Shown here: in pieces, positions 26,100 to 35,317 of the stretch | Layout: every line of letters starts with the position of its first letter | Position numbering within the stretch: the first letter of the stretch is position 1 | Origin: Gammaproteobacteria bacterium | Lineage (GTDB): Bacteria; Pseudomonadota; Gammaproteobacteria; SG8-11 | Assembly: GCA_013151345.1 (NCBI GenBank) | Contig: JAADIM010000119.1 | Span: forward strand, 1-52,186 | Length of the DNA: 52,186 nucleotides | Reading direction: 5' to 3' | Made by a program: the position numbers and the translations under genes | Notes under the pieces: model-generated | Told to the model about the DNA's origin: nothing | The model's database searches: none | The model's input: only the letters and a program-made list of their open reading frames with translations

Positions 26100-26381
26100 A
26101 TTGACTTCATTAAGTAACAAAAAGTGTATATATTGCAATGCTTCAGCATATGCTTATAATGACCCACCAGTTAACTTGGTTATATAAATATCATCTATGA
26201 GGACAATAAAATGAACCCACTGACTTCCATAACCGGAACGATTATTTCAGGTTTTGTACTAGCTGTCGTGCTTGCGTTTGTCGCAAAAGCGATCATTGGC
26301 GGTTAAATCGTTAAACATACATTTATATACATATTTTTTACGCAATAGTAGACACATAAAAATTAGTTAGAGGATACAGTT

Positions 26382-26894
26382 ATGGAATTTTCGTTTCTCG
26401 CATTTGACCGCTGGGTGCATTTTTTATCCGGTATAACCTGGATTGGCTTACTTTATTATTTCAACTTTGTGCAGGTTCCCGCAATGGGTGCCGCTGTCGC
26501 TGATAAAGAGGGCCCGGGCCCAGCCGCAATTAGCAAATATGTCGCACCGCGCGCTTTATTGTGGTTCCGTTGGTCCGCCCTGGTGACCGTCTTGTCTGGC
26601 GCAGCTTATCTTGGCGGTAATATGGGTAAAGCACTTTCACTGGGTCTTATGGAAGGTAGCACTGCATACCATACCTATATTGGTATGGGAGCATGGTTAG
26701 GCATAATTATGCTGTTTAATGTCTGGGTATTGATCTGGCCAAATCAAAAGAAAATTCTGGGTATGGTTGAGTCAACACCTGAAGCGATAGCGAAAGCCAA
26801 GACGGTAGCACTGATGGCGTCGCGTACCAATACGCTCTTATCTATACCAATGTTGATGTTTATGGGCGCAGCTTCGCACGGGCTACCTATTTAG
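26382..26894 (+). CDS. Integral membrane protein (PuuD N-terminal-domain-like)
   Basis: 170-aa ORF with 4 TM segments. The motif HFLSGITWIGLLYYFNFVQ resembles the membrane domain annotated in urate-hydroxylase-like proteins. The call is tentative. Confidence 0.5.
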   Translation: MEFSFLAFDRWVHFLSGITWIGLLYYFNFVQVPAMGAAVADKEGPGPAAISKYVAPRALLWFRWSALVTVLSGAAYLGGNMGKALSLGLMEGSTAYHTYIGMGAWLGIIMLFNVWVLIWPNQKKILGMVESTPEAIAKAKTVALMASRTNTLLSIPMLMFMGAASHGLPI

Positions 26895-26919
26895 CTATCT
26901 ATTTAGCTATCTATATTAG
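26883..26919. repeat. Tandem repeat, 12-bp unit, 3 copies, beginning inside the gene end
   Basis: ctacctatttag / ctatctatttag / ctatctatattag. The first copy holds the last codons and the TAG stop of the 26382-26894 ORF. Confidence 0.9.
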
Positions 26920-27079
26920 TTAGACAAATCCATTCCGGTTTGATACCGCTGTTTTTTAAGCTCGCTTATATGTAACCAAAAGCATGTAACTGCATATAAC
27001 TAAAAGCGGCGGCGAAAAATCGTACATTAATATTTGCCACTCAGTTAATTACACTATAATATAAGCTCTTTACGCAAAC

Positions 27080-27112
27080 GGCGGTCTCGCAGGAGACTGC
27101 CTTTTTGCTTTT
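27080..27112 (+). terminator. Rho-independent terminator
   Basis: The stem ggcggtctc-gcag-gagactgcc is followed by tttttgctttt. Confidence 0.7.
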
Positions 27113-27222
27113 GGGTATTGTGCTATTTTGCAGATCTTGTTTTATTGAACTTACTTTATATAACTTTTTATATAAAACTTACTTTACAGTACTTCATAAT
27201 TAGAAAACGCTAAGAGAAAAAA

Positions 27223-28404
27223 ATGCCCATCAATTCACTCATGCCCACCTATGGCCGATTACCCGTCACTTTTGAACGTGGCGAAGGAAGTTGGCTATGG
27301 GATACAGACGGCCAGAAATACCTAGACGCTTTTAGTGGTGTTGCCGTGTGTAATCTGGGGCACTCGCACCCCAATGTATCTAACGCACTATGCGAACAAG
27401 CAAAAAAACTTGTGCATACATCAAACTGGTATGGCATTGCGCACCAAAAACAACTGGCTGAGGAATTAACCCGTCTGTCCGGTATGGACAATGTTTTTTT
27501 CTGCAACTCGGGTGCCGAAGCTAACGAAACAGCAATAAAAATTGCACGTTTGTACGGCCACAAGAAAAAAATCAGTAATCCTGTCATTGTAGTAACGGAA
27601 CGAAGCTTTCATGGTCGAACCTTGGCGACACTGAGTGCGACAGGAAGTAGAAAAGTTCAGGCAGGATTCGAACCATTAGTCACCGGCTTTATACGAGTGC
27701 CGTTCAATGATTTAGATGCACTGAATAAACTAGCAGAGAACAGTCCAGACATTGTCGCAATTCTGGTTGAACCTGTTCAGGGTGAAGGCGGCGTTAATAT
27801 TCCTGATGAAGATTATCTACCCGGCATTCGGAAACTTTGTGATGAGCACCAATGGTTGATGATGCTGGACGAAGTACAAACAGGCATGTGTCGTACCGGC
27901 AAATGGTTTGCATTTCAACATTCAAATTCCAAACCTGATGTAATGCCTCTTGCTAAAGCATTGGCTAACGGCGTGCCAATTGGTGCCTGCCTCGCACATG
28001 GTGCGGCAGCTGACGTCTTACAGCAGGGCAATCATGGTTCCACTTTTGGAGGCAATCCATTGGCGACTAGTGCCGCCATTGCGACGATTAAAACCATGGA
28101 AGAAAATGATTTAGCAAACCAGGCATTAAAACTCGGTCGAAGCATGTTAAGCACTTTGCAAAACGCATTAGCCAAAGAACCTCATGTAAAAGACATCCGC
28201 GGATTGGGCCTAATGATAGGCATAGAACTAGACTGCCCCTGCTTTGAATTAGTCACAAAAGCACTTGAGCAGAAGTTATTAATAAACGTGACGGCGGAAC
28301 GCGTCATCCGTCTATTACCCCCCCTAACCATGAGTGAATCTGAGTCCAGATTAATAACGGACCAGGTCATTTCATTGGTTAGGCATTTTGTCTCTAGAAT
28401 ATAG
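27223..28404 (+). CDS. argD: Acetylornithine aminotransferase (class III PLP aminotransferase)
   Basis: 393-aa ORF with [19 protein letters not shown] and [10 protein letters not shown]. It is followed by argF. Confidence 0.85.
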   Translation: MPINSLMPTYGRLPVTFERGEGSWLWDTDGQKYLDAFSGVAVCNLGHSHPNVSNALCEQAKKLVHTSNWYGIAHQKQLAEELTRLSGMDNVFFCNSGAEANETAIKIARLYGHKKKISNPVIVVTERSFHGRTLATLSATGSRKVQAGFEPLVTGFIRVPFNDLDALNKLAENSPDIVAILVEPVQGEGGVNIPDEDYLPGIRKLCDEHQWLMMLDEVQTGMCRTGKWFAFQHSNSKPDVMPLAKALANGVPIGACLAHGAAADVLQQGNHGSTFGGNPLATSAAIATIKTMEENDLANQALKLGRSMLSTLQNALAKEPHVKDIRGLGLMIGIELDCPCFELVTKALEQKLLINVTAERVIRLLPPLTMSESESRLITDQVISLVRHFVSRI

Positions 28405-28421
28405 TCTGTATCCAGGAATAT

Positions 28422-29336
28422 TTGATGGCAACACGTCACTTTCTTACACTCACTGATTTTAGCCAAAAAGAGCTTCACAAACTCATCATACGTGCTATTG
28501 AGCTAAAAAAAATGCGCCAACAAGGTGAAAAATATGAACCTTTAAAAAACAAAACGCTCGGCATGGTATTTGAAAAATCTTCCACTAGAACACGCGTATC
28601 GTTTGAAGCTGCAATGACACACTTTGGCGGTCATGCCATTTTTCTCTCTCCACGAGATACGCAATTAGGCCGCGGAGAACCCATAGAAGATACCGCACGT
28701 GTGCTTTCACGTATGGTGGACATAATCATGATCCGCACCTATGAACATGAAAAATTGGAGCGTTTCGCGCAACACTCAATAGTACCGGTCATAAATGCAT
28801 TGACAGACAAATTCCATCCGTGTCAATTACTTGCCGATGTGCAAACATATGTTGAAAAGAGAGGCAATATAAAGGGCAAAAAAGTCGCCTGGGTCAGTGA
28901 TGGCAACAACATGTGCCACTCATATATAAACGCTGCCAAGCTATTTGAATTTGATTTAAAAATTGCCTGTCCAGAAGGTCATTTTCCGGACAGAGACATA
29001 TTGGCATCGGTAAAAGAGAATTGTGAAATTGTTGGCTCACCAGAATTAGCCGTCGAAAATGCAGACCTGGTGGTGACAGATGTTTGGGCGAGTATGGGAC
29101 AGGAACAAGAACAGGCCGCGCGTTTAAAAACATTTAGTGGCTACCAGATCACACCCGAACTCATGGCACTCGCCAAGCCCGATGCACTGTTTATGCATTG
29201 TTTACCGGCGCATCGTGGTGAAGAAGTTTCTGCGACAGTCATTGATGGGCCGCAAAGTGCAGTGTGGGATGAAGCTGAAAACCGTTTGCATGCGCAAAAA
29301 GCACTACTTGAGTTTTTGCTAACCAATGTTTGCTGA
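28422..29336 (+). CDS. argF: Ornithine carbamoyltransferase
   Basis: 304-aa ORF with the motifs [24 protein letters not shown] and [10 protein letters not shown]. Confidence 0.9.
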   Translation: MMATRHFLTLTDFSQKELHKLIIRAIELKKMRQQGEKYEPLKNKTLGMVFEKSSTRTRVSFEAAMTHFGGHAIFLSPRDTQLGRGEPIEDTARVLSRMVDIIMIRTYEHEKLERFAQHSIVPVINALTDKFHPCQLLADVQTYVEKRGNIKGKKVAWVSDGNNMCHSYINAAKLFEFDLKIACPEGHFPDRDILASVKENCEIVGSPELAVENADLVVTDVWASMGQEQEQAARLKTFSGYQITPELMALAKPDALFMHCLPAHRGEEVSATVIDGPQSAVWDEAENRLHAQKALLEFLLTNVC

Positions 29337-29364
29337 CCGATGTTTGTTAACTAATGTCTGCCCA
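29323..29364. repeat. Tandem repeat, 14-bp unit, 3 copies, beginning inside the argF end
   Basis: ccaatgtttgctga / ccgatgtttgttaa / ctaatgtctgccca. The first copy holds the last four codons and the TGA stop of argF. Confidence 0.9.
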
Positions 29365-29425
29365 CCTAAAAACACCCTAACTATGTCATAATAAAGAAAA
29401 TATTGGCCATGACCATATAGTATCC

Positions 29426-30472
29426 ATGACAACACTATTAGATATCACAAAAATAGAGTGCCGTTATCGCGATGTCACCGTTGTGCAAAATCTCACTATG
29501 CATATCAACAAGGGGAACCTTGTAAGCCTGCTGGGGCCCAGCGGTTGCGGTAAAACCACCGCGTTGCGGGCTATTGCCGGATTGGAACAAATATATCACG
29601 GCGAAATTAAACTTCGTGGCGAAATGGTTTCCAAACCGGGGTTTACATTGCCACCCGAAAAACGCCAACTCGCAATGGTGTTTCAGGATTACGCGCTGTT
29701 TCCACATATGGATGTCAATTCAAATGTTTCATTTGGTATTCGCAATGCAACAAAAAAAGAACAGGAAAAAATTGCAGAGGAAACGCTAAATATCGTGGGC
29801 TTGGAAAATTTGGGACGACGTTACCCCCACGAACTATCAGGTGGTCAACAGCAACGAGTGGCTCTGGCACGCGCACTCACCACTAAACCGGATTTAATCT
29901 TATTGGACGAACCCTTTTCAAACCTGGACATCGACTTACGAGAACGTCTCAGCATTGACGTAAGAGATATCCTTAAAGAACAAGGCATATCAGGTATTTT
30001 AGTCACTCACGATCAAAATGAAGCCTTTGCAATATGTGATCATATTGGCGTAATGAATTGTGGCCAAATAGAACAATGGGATACACCTTTTAATCTTTAT
30101 CACGATCCTGTCAATCGTTTCGTTGCGAATTTCATTGGTCAAGGCGCGTTTCTTAGTGGCACTCTGGTTTCACCAGATACGGTGGAAACCGAAATCGGCA
30201 CAATTAAGGGAGATCGTGCTTATTCTCTTCCCAAAGACTCACATGTCGATTTACTCGTTAGGCCCGACGATATAGTGCCTGACCCACACAGCCCACTAAG
30301 AGCAGAAGTAGTACAAAAAGCATTTAAAGGTGCTGAGATACTTTACACACTCAAATTAACCTCTGGGAATAAAATATATTCATTAGCACCCAGCCATCAA
30401 AACTTTCAAATAGGCGAATTCATTGGTATTAAGCCAATGCTTGAACATCTGGTGACATTTCAACGAGAGTGA
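29426..30472 (+). CDS. ABC transporter ATP-binding protein (PotA/FbpC/CysA type with a TOBE-like C-terminus); no permease or binding protein adjacent
   Basis: 348-aa ORF with Walker A GPSGCGKTT, signature LSGGQQQRVALARAL and Walker B LLDEPFSNLD. Confidence 0.85.
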   Translation: MTTLLDITKIECRYRDVTVVQNLTMHINKGNLVSLLGPSGCGKTTALRAIAGLEQIYHGEIKLRGEMVSKPGFTLPPEKRQLAMVFQDYALFPHMDVNSNVSFGIRNATKKEQEKIAEETLNIVGLENLGRRYPHELSGGQQQRVALARALTTKPDLILLDEPFSNLDIDLRERLSIDVRDILKEQGISGILVTHDQNEAFAICDHIGVMNCGQIEQWDTPFNLYHDPVNRFVANFIGQGAFLSGTLVSPDTVETEIGTIKGDRAYSLPKDSHVDLLVRPDDIVPDPHSPLRAEVVQKAFKGAEILYTLKLTSGNKIYSLAPSHQNFQIGEFIGIKPMLEHLVTFQRE

Positions 30473-30514
30473 AAAACGATTATGAAAATTTTTATACAAC
30501 TATTTTTGTAGTAT

Positions 30515-30547
30515 AAAGAAGGGGTGCATTTGCACCCCTTCTTTTTG
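30515..30547. terminator. Bidirectional rho-independent terminator
   Basis: The 13-bp perfect stem aagaaggggtgca-tt-tgcaccccttctt is followed by ttt on the plus strand and preceded by an A run. It lies between convergent genes. Confidence 0.85.
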
Positions 30548-30607
30548 TGTCCCTAACTATAGGCACAATAAAATATATCCAAAAAGAGATTGAAATATAT
30601 TTACTGC

Positions 30608-31231
30608 CTACAAGCCGGACACATATTCTGCAACAGCTTCTATTTCTTGCGTTGAAAGCAGTTTTGCAATATTTGACATCATACCTGCGGGATCGTTGCT
30701 GCGTTTGCCTGTTTTCATATTAGTAAGCTGTGCAATAGTATAGGCTTTATGCTGACCACTAATAACAGGAAACAACGGGTTATTCGCAGATCTACCCTTA
30801 CCAGTATCACCATGGCAATTCTTGCAACCGTACACACCCGTCTTAGGGTTCCCTTTCATATATATTTTTTTACCTGCTGCCGCTTTACTACCGCTAGATC
30901 CTTTTCCCTTCACAGGCTTCTGGGCGGCAAAATAAGCAGCAATATCCTTCAAGTCCTGTTTTGATGTGACGGTCGCGGCCATTGGGCTCATTGTTTCATT
31001 TTCACGCTTGGCTTGCTGAAAGTCGGTCACCTGTTTCTCAATATAACCAGCAAACTGCCCGGCCAAATTAGGGAATGTGGGATCAGCACTCACTCCCTTT
31101 TCCCCATGGCAGCCTTGGCAAAGCGCAGACTTCTCTTTCCCGGCTTTGGCGTCTCCGCCAGCAGCAAGTGCAAACGTGCTGCCTGCGCTAATCGCAAAAC
31201 CAACCAAAACTGCCATCAAACTGATTTTCAT
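30608..31231 (-). CDS. Diheme cytochrome c4
   Basis: Two heme sites, CQGCHG and CKNCHG. The signal peptide starts at MKISLMAVLV (ATG 31231); the track ORF extends to 31279. Confidence 0.85.
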   Translation of the reverse strand: MKISLMAVLVGFAISAGSTFALAAGGDAKAGKEKSALCQGCHGEKGVSADPTFPNLAGQFAGYIEKQVTDFQQAKRENETMSPMAATVTSKQDLKDIAAYFAAQKPVKGKGSSGSKAAAGKKIYMKGNPKTGVYGCKNCHGDTGKGRSANNPLFPVISGQHKAYTIAQLTNMKTGKRSNDPAGMMSNIAKLLSTQEIEAVAEYVSGL

Positions 31232-31696
31232 ATAGTTATTCAATCCCCTAACCCCCTTTTTTTGGTTGACTCTCTTCAATTATTCTCACCTATATACCCT
31301 ATTCATCTGCAATCTATGCGGATAATGCACCCCGTCAAGCAGAAAGATCAAACTCGAATGTATACCAGGCTATCAACACAAGGTCAATCCTAATGGCTAG
31401 AAACATTATTTATCCGAAACCTATATTTTTTCAATTTTTTTACTAAAATCAATATTATATAAACATTTAATTCAAACTACTTGAGTTTTCTTCTGCATGG
31501 CCGATTGTAGTAAAGCTGCTCCGAATTTGCTTAAATAGCGGTTTTAAATTTATGCGAACTGGCTATAAAACAGGAACATAGGTAGGCTATGGCACAGAGC
31601 AATAGAGAGTATACAAAAAATATCCTGAAATAATCACACCTATACGACATAAATAACTCAATATCAGCCCTATTACATCATATTACAAGGTATACC

Positions 31697-32374
31697 GTGC
31701 ATAGATTAATCTTACTGTTTACGCTCTCCCTCTCCGTTGCGCTGCCCAGTCAAGCAGCGACCACCAAATATGTCATCGATCACATATTAATCACCATGCG
31801 CAGTGGCATGGGTTCAGAGTTTCAGATATTACGTACATTACCCAGTGGGACAGCGTTGGAGATCCTACAAACTAATGACGATACGGGATACTCGTTGGCT
31901 CGTTCCGTAAAAAGTGGTGTTGAAGGCTGGGTGCTAACGCAGTACTTGAGTGATACACCGATTCACCGGGATCGACTCGTGGTAGCAGAAAAAAAAATAG
32001 CGGCGTTAGAAAAAGAGAATAATCGACTTAAGAAAAGCGCAGGAAAGCTAGGTAAACAATCGACAACTAAGGAGAAAGAATCGAAAGACCTGCTATCTAA
32101 AAATGAAAAATTGAGCAAAGAATTGGCGATATTAAAAAATGTTTCGATAGACCCGTTAAAATTTGCAGAAGAGAATAAAAAGTTAAAAACTGAATCAATG
32201 AGTATTGATAAAGAAATTAATATGCTGCGCCAGGAAAATCAGGCTCTTAAAGACCGTTCTGAAAAAGAGTGGCTATTAACCGGTGCAGGCATTTTATTTG
32301 CCGGGATAGTATTCGGTTTTATATTTCCAAAAATCAGATCTACCAGAAAATCAGGTTATGATTCTTCTTTATAG
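31697..32374 (+). CDS. SH3-domain protein with coiled coil and a C-terminal TM anchor (YgiM-like)
   Basis: 225-aa ORF with a signal peptide, an SH3-like segment (GYSLARSVKSGVEGWVLTQYL), a Lys/Glu-rich coiled coil and a terminal TM helix. Confidence 0.7.
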   Translation: MHRLILLFTLSLSVALPSQAATTKYVIDHILITMRSGMGSEFQILRTLPSGTALEILQTNDDTGYSLARSVKSGVEGWVLTQYLSDTPIHRDRLVVAEKKIAALEKENNRLKKSAGKLGKQSTTKEKESKDLLSKNEKLSKELAILKNVSIDPLKFAEENKKLKTESMSIDKEINMLRQENQALKDRSEKEWLLTGAGILFAGIVFGFIFPKIRSTRKSGYDSSL

Positions 32375-32446
32375 AACTTAGTGCTGAGTTCTAAGCACTC
32401 TATCTATCTTCTAACATGATAAATAGTGCCCAATATCCCGCAAGAA

Positions 32447-33169
32447 TCAAGTTCTAATCCCAACGCCTTTGTTTAATAAATAGAGGCAAAAACTGAATAA
32501 CGCTACCGTGAACAGAATCACAATAGTAAAAGCCAACGTTACATCGATATCTGAAACGCCTAACAAGCCAAACCTGAATGCATTTACCATATATAATATC
32601 GGATTCGCTAATGAAATTGATTGCCATATTTCAGGTAACATACTAACTGTATAAAATACGCCGCCCAAATAGGTCAATGGCGTCAGAATGAATGAAGGAA
32701 TAACGGCTACATCATCGAAGCTCCTGGCATAAATTGCATTAACAAAGCCAGCGAGTGAAAACAGAATGGACGTCAATATCAGTACTAATAAGGTTACAGT
32801 AATACTATGGACTTGTAGATCTACAAATACAAACGAGACAATTGTTACAACGCTGCCTACCACCAAACCCCGTAACACCCCACCTGCCACAAACCCGATT
32901 AATATAATATAGTTGGGCGTCGGTGATATTAATAACTCTTCTATGTGTCTCTGGAATTTTGCACTAAAAAAAGAAGAGACAACATTTGCATACGAATTAG
33001 TAATAACAGACATAAGTATCAAACCGGGCACGATGTATTCAATATATTCAAACCCGTCTATTTTAGAAATCTGTGAGCCAATCAGTTTGCCGAAAATTAC
33101 AAAATAAAGCGTCATCGTTATAGCTGGTGGCAAAATAGTCTGTAACCAGATACGAGAAAACCTGAGCAC
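32447..33169 (-). CDS. ABC-2-type transporter permease (YadH-like); the true start is probably upstream of 33169
   Basis: RFSRIWLQTILPPAITMTLYFVIFG is the conserved ABC-2 N-terminal region. The in-frame upstream codons (..ALKTIVVKEV) also look conserved. Confidence 0.8.
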   Translation of the reverse strand: MLRFSRIWLQTILPPAITMTLYFVIFGKLIGSQISKIDGFEYIEYIVPGLILMSVITNSYANVVSSFFSAKFQRHIEELLISPTPNYIILIGFVAGGVLRGLVVGSVVTIVSFVFVDLQVHSITVTLLVLILTSILFSLAGFVNAIYARSFDDVAVIPSFILTPLTYLGGVFYTVSMLPEIWQSISLANPILYMVNAFRFGLLGVSDIDVTLAFTIVILFTVALFSFCLYLLNKGVGIRT

Positions 33170-33301
33170 TTCCTTGACAACGATCGTTTTCAGGGCTATT
33201 AAATTTTTCAGCGCAACGTTGCTAATGATGGTGGTTCCTTAATATTTTAATTTAAGAGAACGTTGATTTAAGAAGATGGGCAAACATGGATTATCCATAT
33301 C

Positions 33302-34213
33302 TTACGTTTTGTTAACCAGGGCAACATACAATTCTTCAAGGCGATTCGACTTATTTCTCATACTCAATATATTTATCTTGTGACGCGTCAACATCTCGAA
33401 CAACAAATTCAAACTTTGTCCTTTAATGACTTCGGCTTCTATTGTATTTTCATCGACACAACGCAGCGCGTAATCTTCAGAAGATGGCAAACGCTCCAAA
33501 TTACCATCGACATACAATACGAAGGTTTCTTTATTTAATTTCGCTAACAATGCCTTCATTGATGTATTTTCTATGATCTCACCGTCATTAATTATTGCAA
33601 TGTTGTTACACAACATTTCTGCCTCTTCGAGATAATGCGTAGTTAATATAATAGTGACGCCATCAGCATTGATGTCTCTAAGAAATTGCCACATCGTGCG
33701 GCGCAATTCTATATCCACGCCTGCTGTTGGTTCATCTAATATTAATAAATCCGGCTGGTGAACCAGTGCTCTGGCGATCATTAAGCGGCGTTTCATACCA
33801 CCAGACAGCTCTTTGGGAATTTGCCGCCGTTTGTCCCACAATTCAAGTTTTTTTAAATAATATTCTGCCCGCTGCCTGGCTACATTACCACTAATACCAT
33901 AAAAGCCAGCTTGGTTAATCAGGATCTCTTCTATGGGTTCAAAAACATTAAAATTATATTCTTGTGGCACTAAACCAATATGTGATTTAGCCGTCTGAAT
34001 ATCGACATCAATGTTATTGTTAAAAACTTCTACCGTACCACTTGTTTTGTTTACCAACGAACATATTATGCCGATGGTGGTCGACTTACCCGCACCGTTT
34101 GGACCTAACAACGCAAAAAAATCACCTTTGTTGACCTCAAGGCTAATACCTTTTAAAGCAACATGTCCGCCATGATATGTTTTATGTAAATTGTCTATAA
34201 AAAGTGCGTTCAT
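33302..34213 (-). CDS. ABC transporter ATP-binding protein (YadG-like)
   Basis: 303-aa ORF with GPNGAGKST, LSGGMKRRLMIARAL and LILDEPTAGVD. Confidence 0.85.
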   Translation of the reverse strand: MNALFIDNLHKTYHGGHVALKGISLEVNKGDFFALLGPNGAGKSTTIGIICSLVNKTSGTVEVFNNNIDVDIQTAKSHIGLVPQEYNFNVFEPIEEILINQAGFYGISGNVARQRAEYYLKKLELWDKRRQIPKELSGGMKRRLMIARALVHQPDLLILDEPTAGVDIELRRTMWQFLRDINADGVTIILTTHYLEEAEMLCNNIAIINDGEIIENTSMKALLAKLNKETFVLYVDGNLERLPSSEDYALRCVDENTIEAEVIKGQSLNLLFEMLTRHKINILSMRNKSNRLEELYVALVNKT

Positions 34214-34794
34214 TGTTTTTGTTTAAAGTTCTCCACTACTTCATCGGCGGTTTCGTTACTCAACTTTTCTCCGCCCTTTCCTTGCACACCTGAAAATAGT
34301 ACGTGTACTGCATCTGCGTAAACTTCAACATCAATTTCGTTAAATTCTCCAGCCTCTGATTGTGCAATCACTTTCTTCGCAGCAACATTTTGTGGATCAA
34401 ACGTACTCATCAATGGTTTAAACCGCCAAATCAATCCATATTCTGATTCAATATTTTTAATAATTACAAAAAAATCATGCCTTACCCTATTCTCAAGTCT
34501 ATTGAACGATAACATCCAGGTCACAACACCGGCCACACTCGCGGGTAGCATTAATACCCAACTTATTTTAATAAATATCTCAAATGAAACATTATTAAAT
34601 GTCCACCCATAATAGCCTCCTGCAAACCCAATGGCGTAAACAACGAACGCCGTGACCAAACCATAAATTTTGGCAATGTCTTTTTTAGGCTTTATTCGTT
34701 TAGCATAATCCAACTGCGTCAAATCATATGCATTTTCAAGATATTCCAGCATATCCTTTTTTATTCGACGTCTACTTTTTTCCTTTTTTGCCAT
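34210..34794 (-). CDS. Hypothetical membrane protein
   Basis: 194-aa ORF with two TM segments. Its 4-nt overlap with the downstream ABC ATPase start suggests translational coupling. Confidence 0.55.
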   Translation of the reverse strand: MAKKEKSRRRIKKDMLEYLENAYDLTQLDYAKRIKPKKDIAKIYGLVTAFVVYAIGFAGGYYGWTFNNVSFEIFIKISWVLMLPASVAGVVTWMLSFNRLENRVRHDFFVIIKNIESEYGLIWRFKPLMSTFDPQNVAAKKVIAQSEAGEFNEIDVEVYADAVHVLFSGVQGKGGEKLSNETADEVVENFKQKQ

Positions 34795-34964
34795 ACCTAA
34801 CCTACCATCGTTGTATATTTATTTTGCGTAGTTTCCGATTAAAACACGATCTTTCCCATTAAATATGGATAGCATGGTACCGATTAATTATCTGCAGGGA
34901 AATGAAGTTGAGAATACGGGTTAAGACCTCTGGTCCAAAGGACTGTCCATGTCTAAATATGATG

Positions 34965-35040
34965 ACTGGATACAATAACTGGATACAATGAACTGGATAG
35001 AGCCCCATGGATATATCTCTTGGAACACTCTTGGAACACT
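34965..35040. repeat. Two sets of tandem repeats directly 3' of tRNA-Lys
   Basis: ctggatacaat(a/g)a occurs twice plus a partial copy (34965-35000). tcttggaacac occurs twice (35018-35040), abutting the tRNA 3' end. Confidence 0.85.
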
Positions 35041-35041
35041 A

Positions 35042-35117
35042 TGGTGGGCCGTGCAGGAGTCGAACCTGCGACCATCGGATTAAAAGTCCGGTGCTCTACC
35101 AACTGAGCTAACGGCCC
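35042..35117 (-). tRNA. tRNA-Lys (anticodon UUU)
   Basis: The minus strand reads GGGCCGTTAGCTCAGTTGGTAGAGCACCGGACTTTTAATCCGATGGTCGCAGGTTCGACTCCTGCACGGCCCACCA. It folds as a cloverleaf with anticodon loop CTTTTAA and an encoded CCA. Confidence 0.95.
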
Positions 35118-35317
35118 ATAGCCTTTGCTAAGCTTAAGCTTCGCGTAGCTTGCGCAAGGGAGTGAAATGATACCGGATTAAAAAAGAATGACAAGCCAAA
35201 CTTTTGGCCATTTTTCATCAAGACAGGGGAAACTTCACGGATTAACCATCACAAATGAAGTGCCACGCAATGGGGCACCACGAACGAGGCAATAAGGCGC
35301 GGTTCGAGATGCATATA

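Noticed and set aside
29426-30472. Orphan ABC ATPase after argF, considered as part of an unusual system
   Set aside because: The motifs are those of an ordinary importer ATPase with a TOBE-like tail. Permease and binding-protein genes are often encoded elsewhere, and nothing else is unusual in the sequence.
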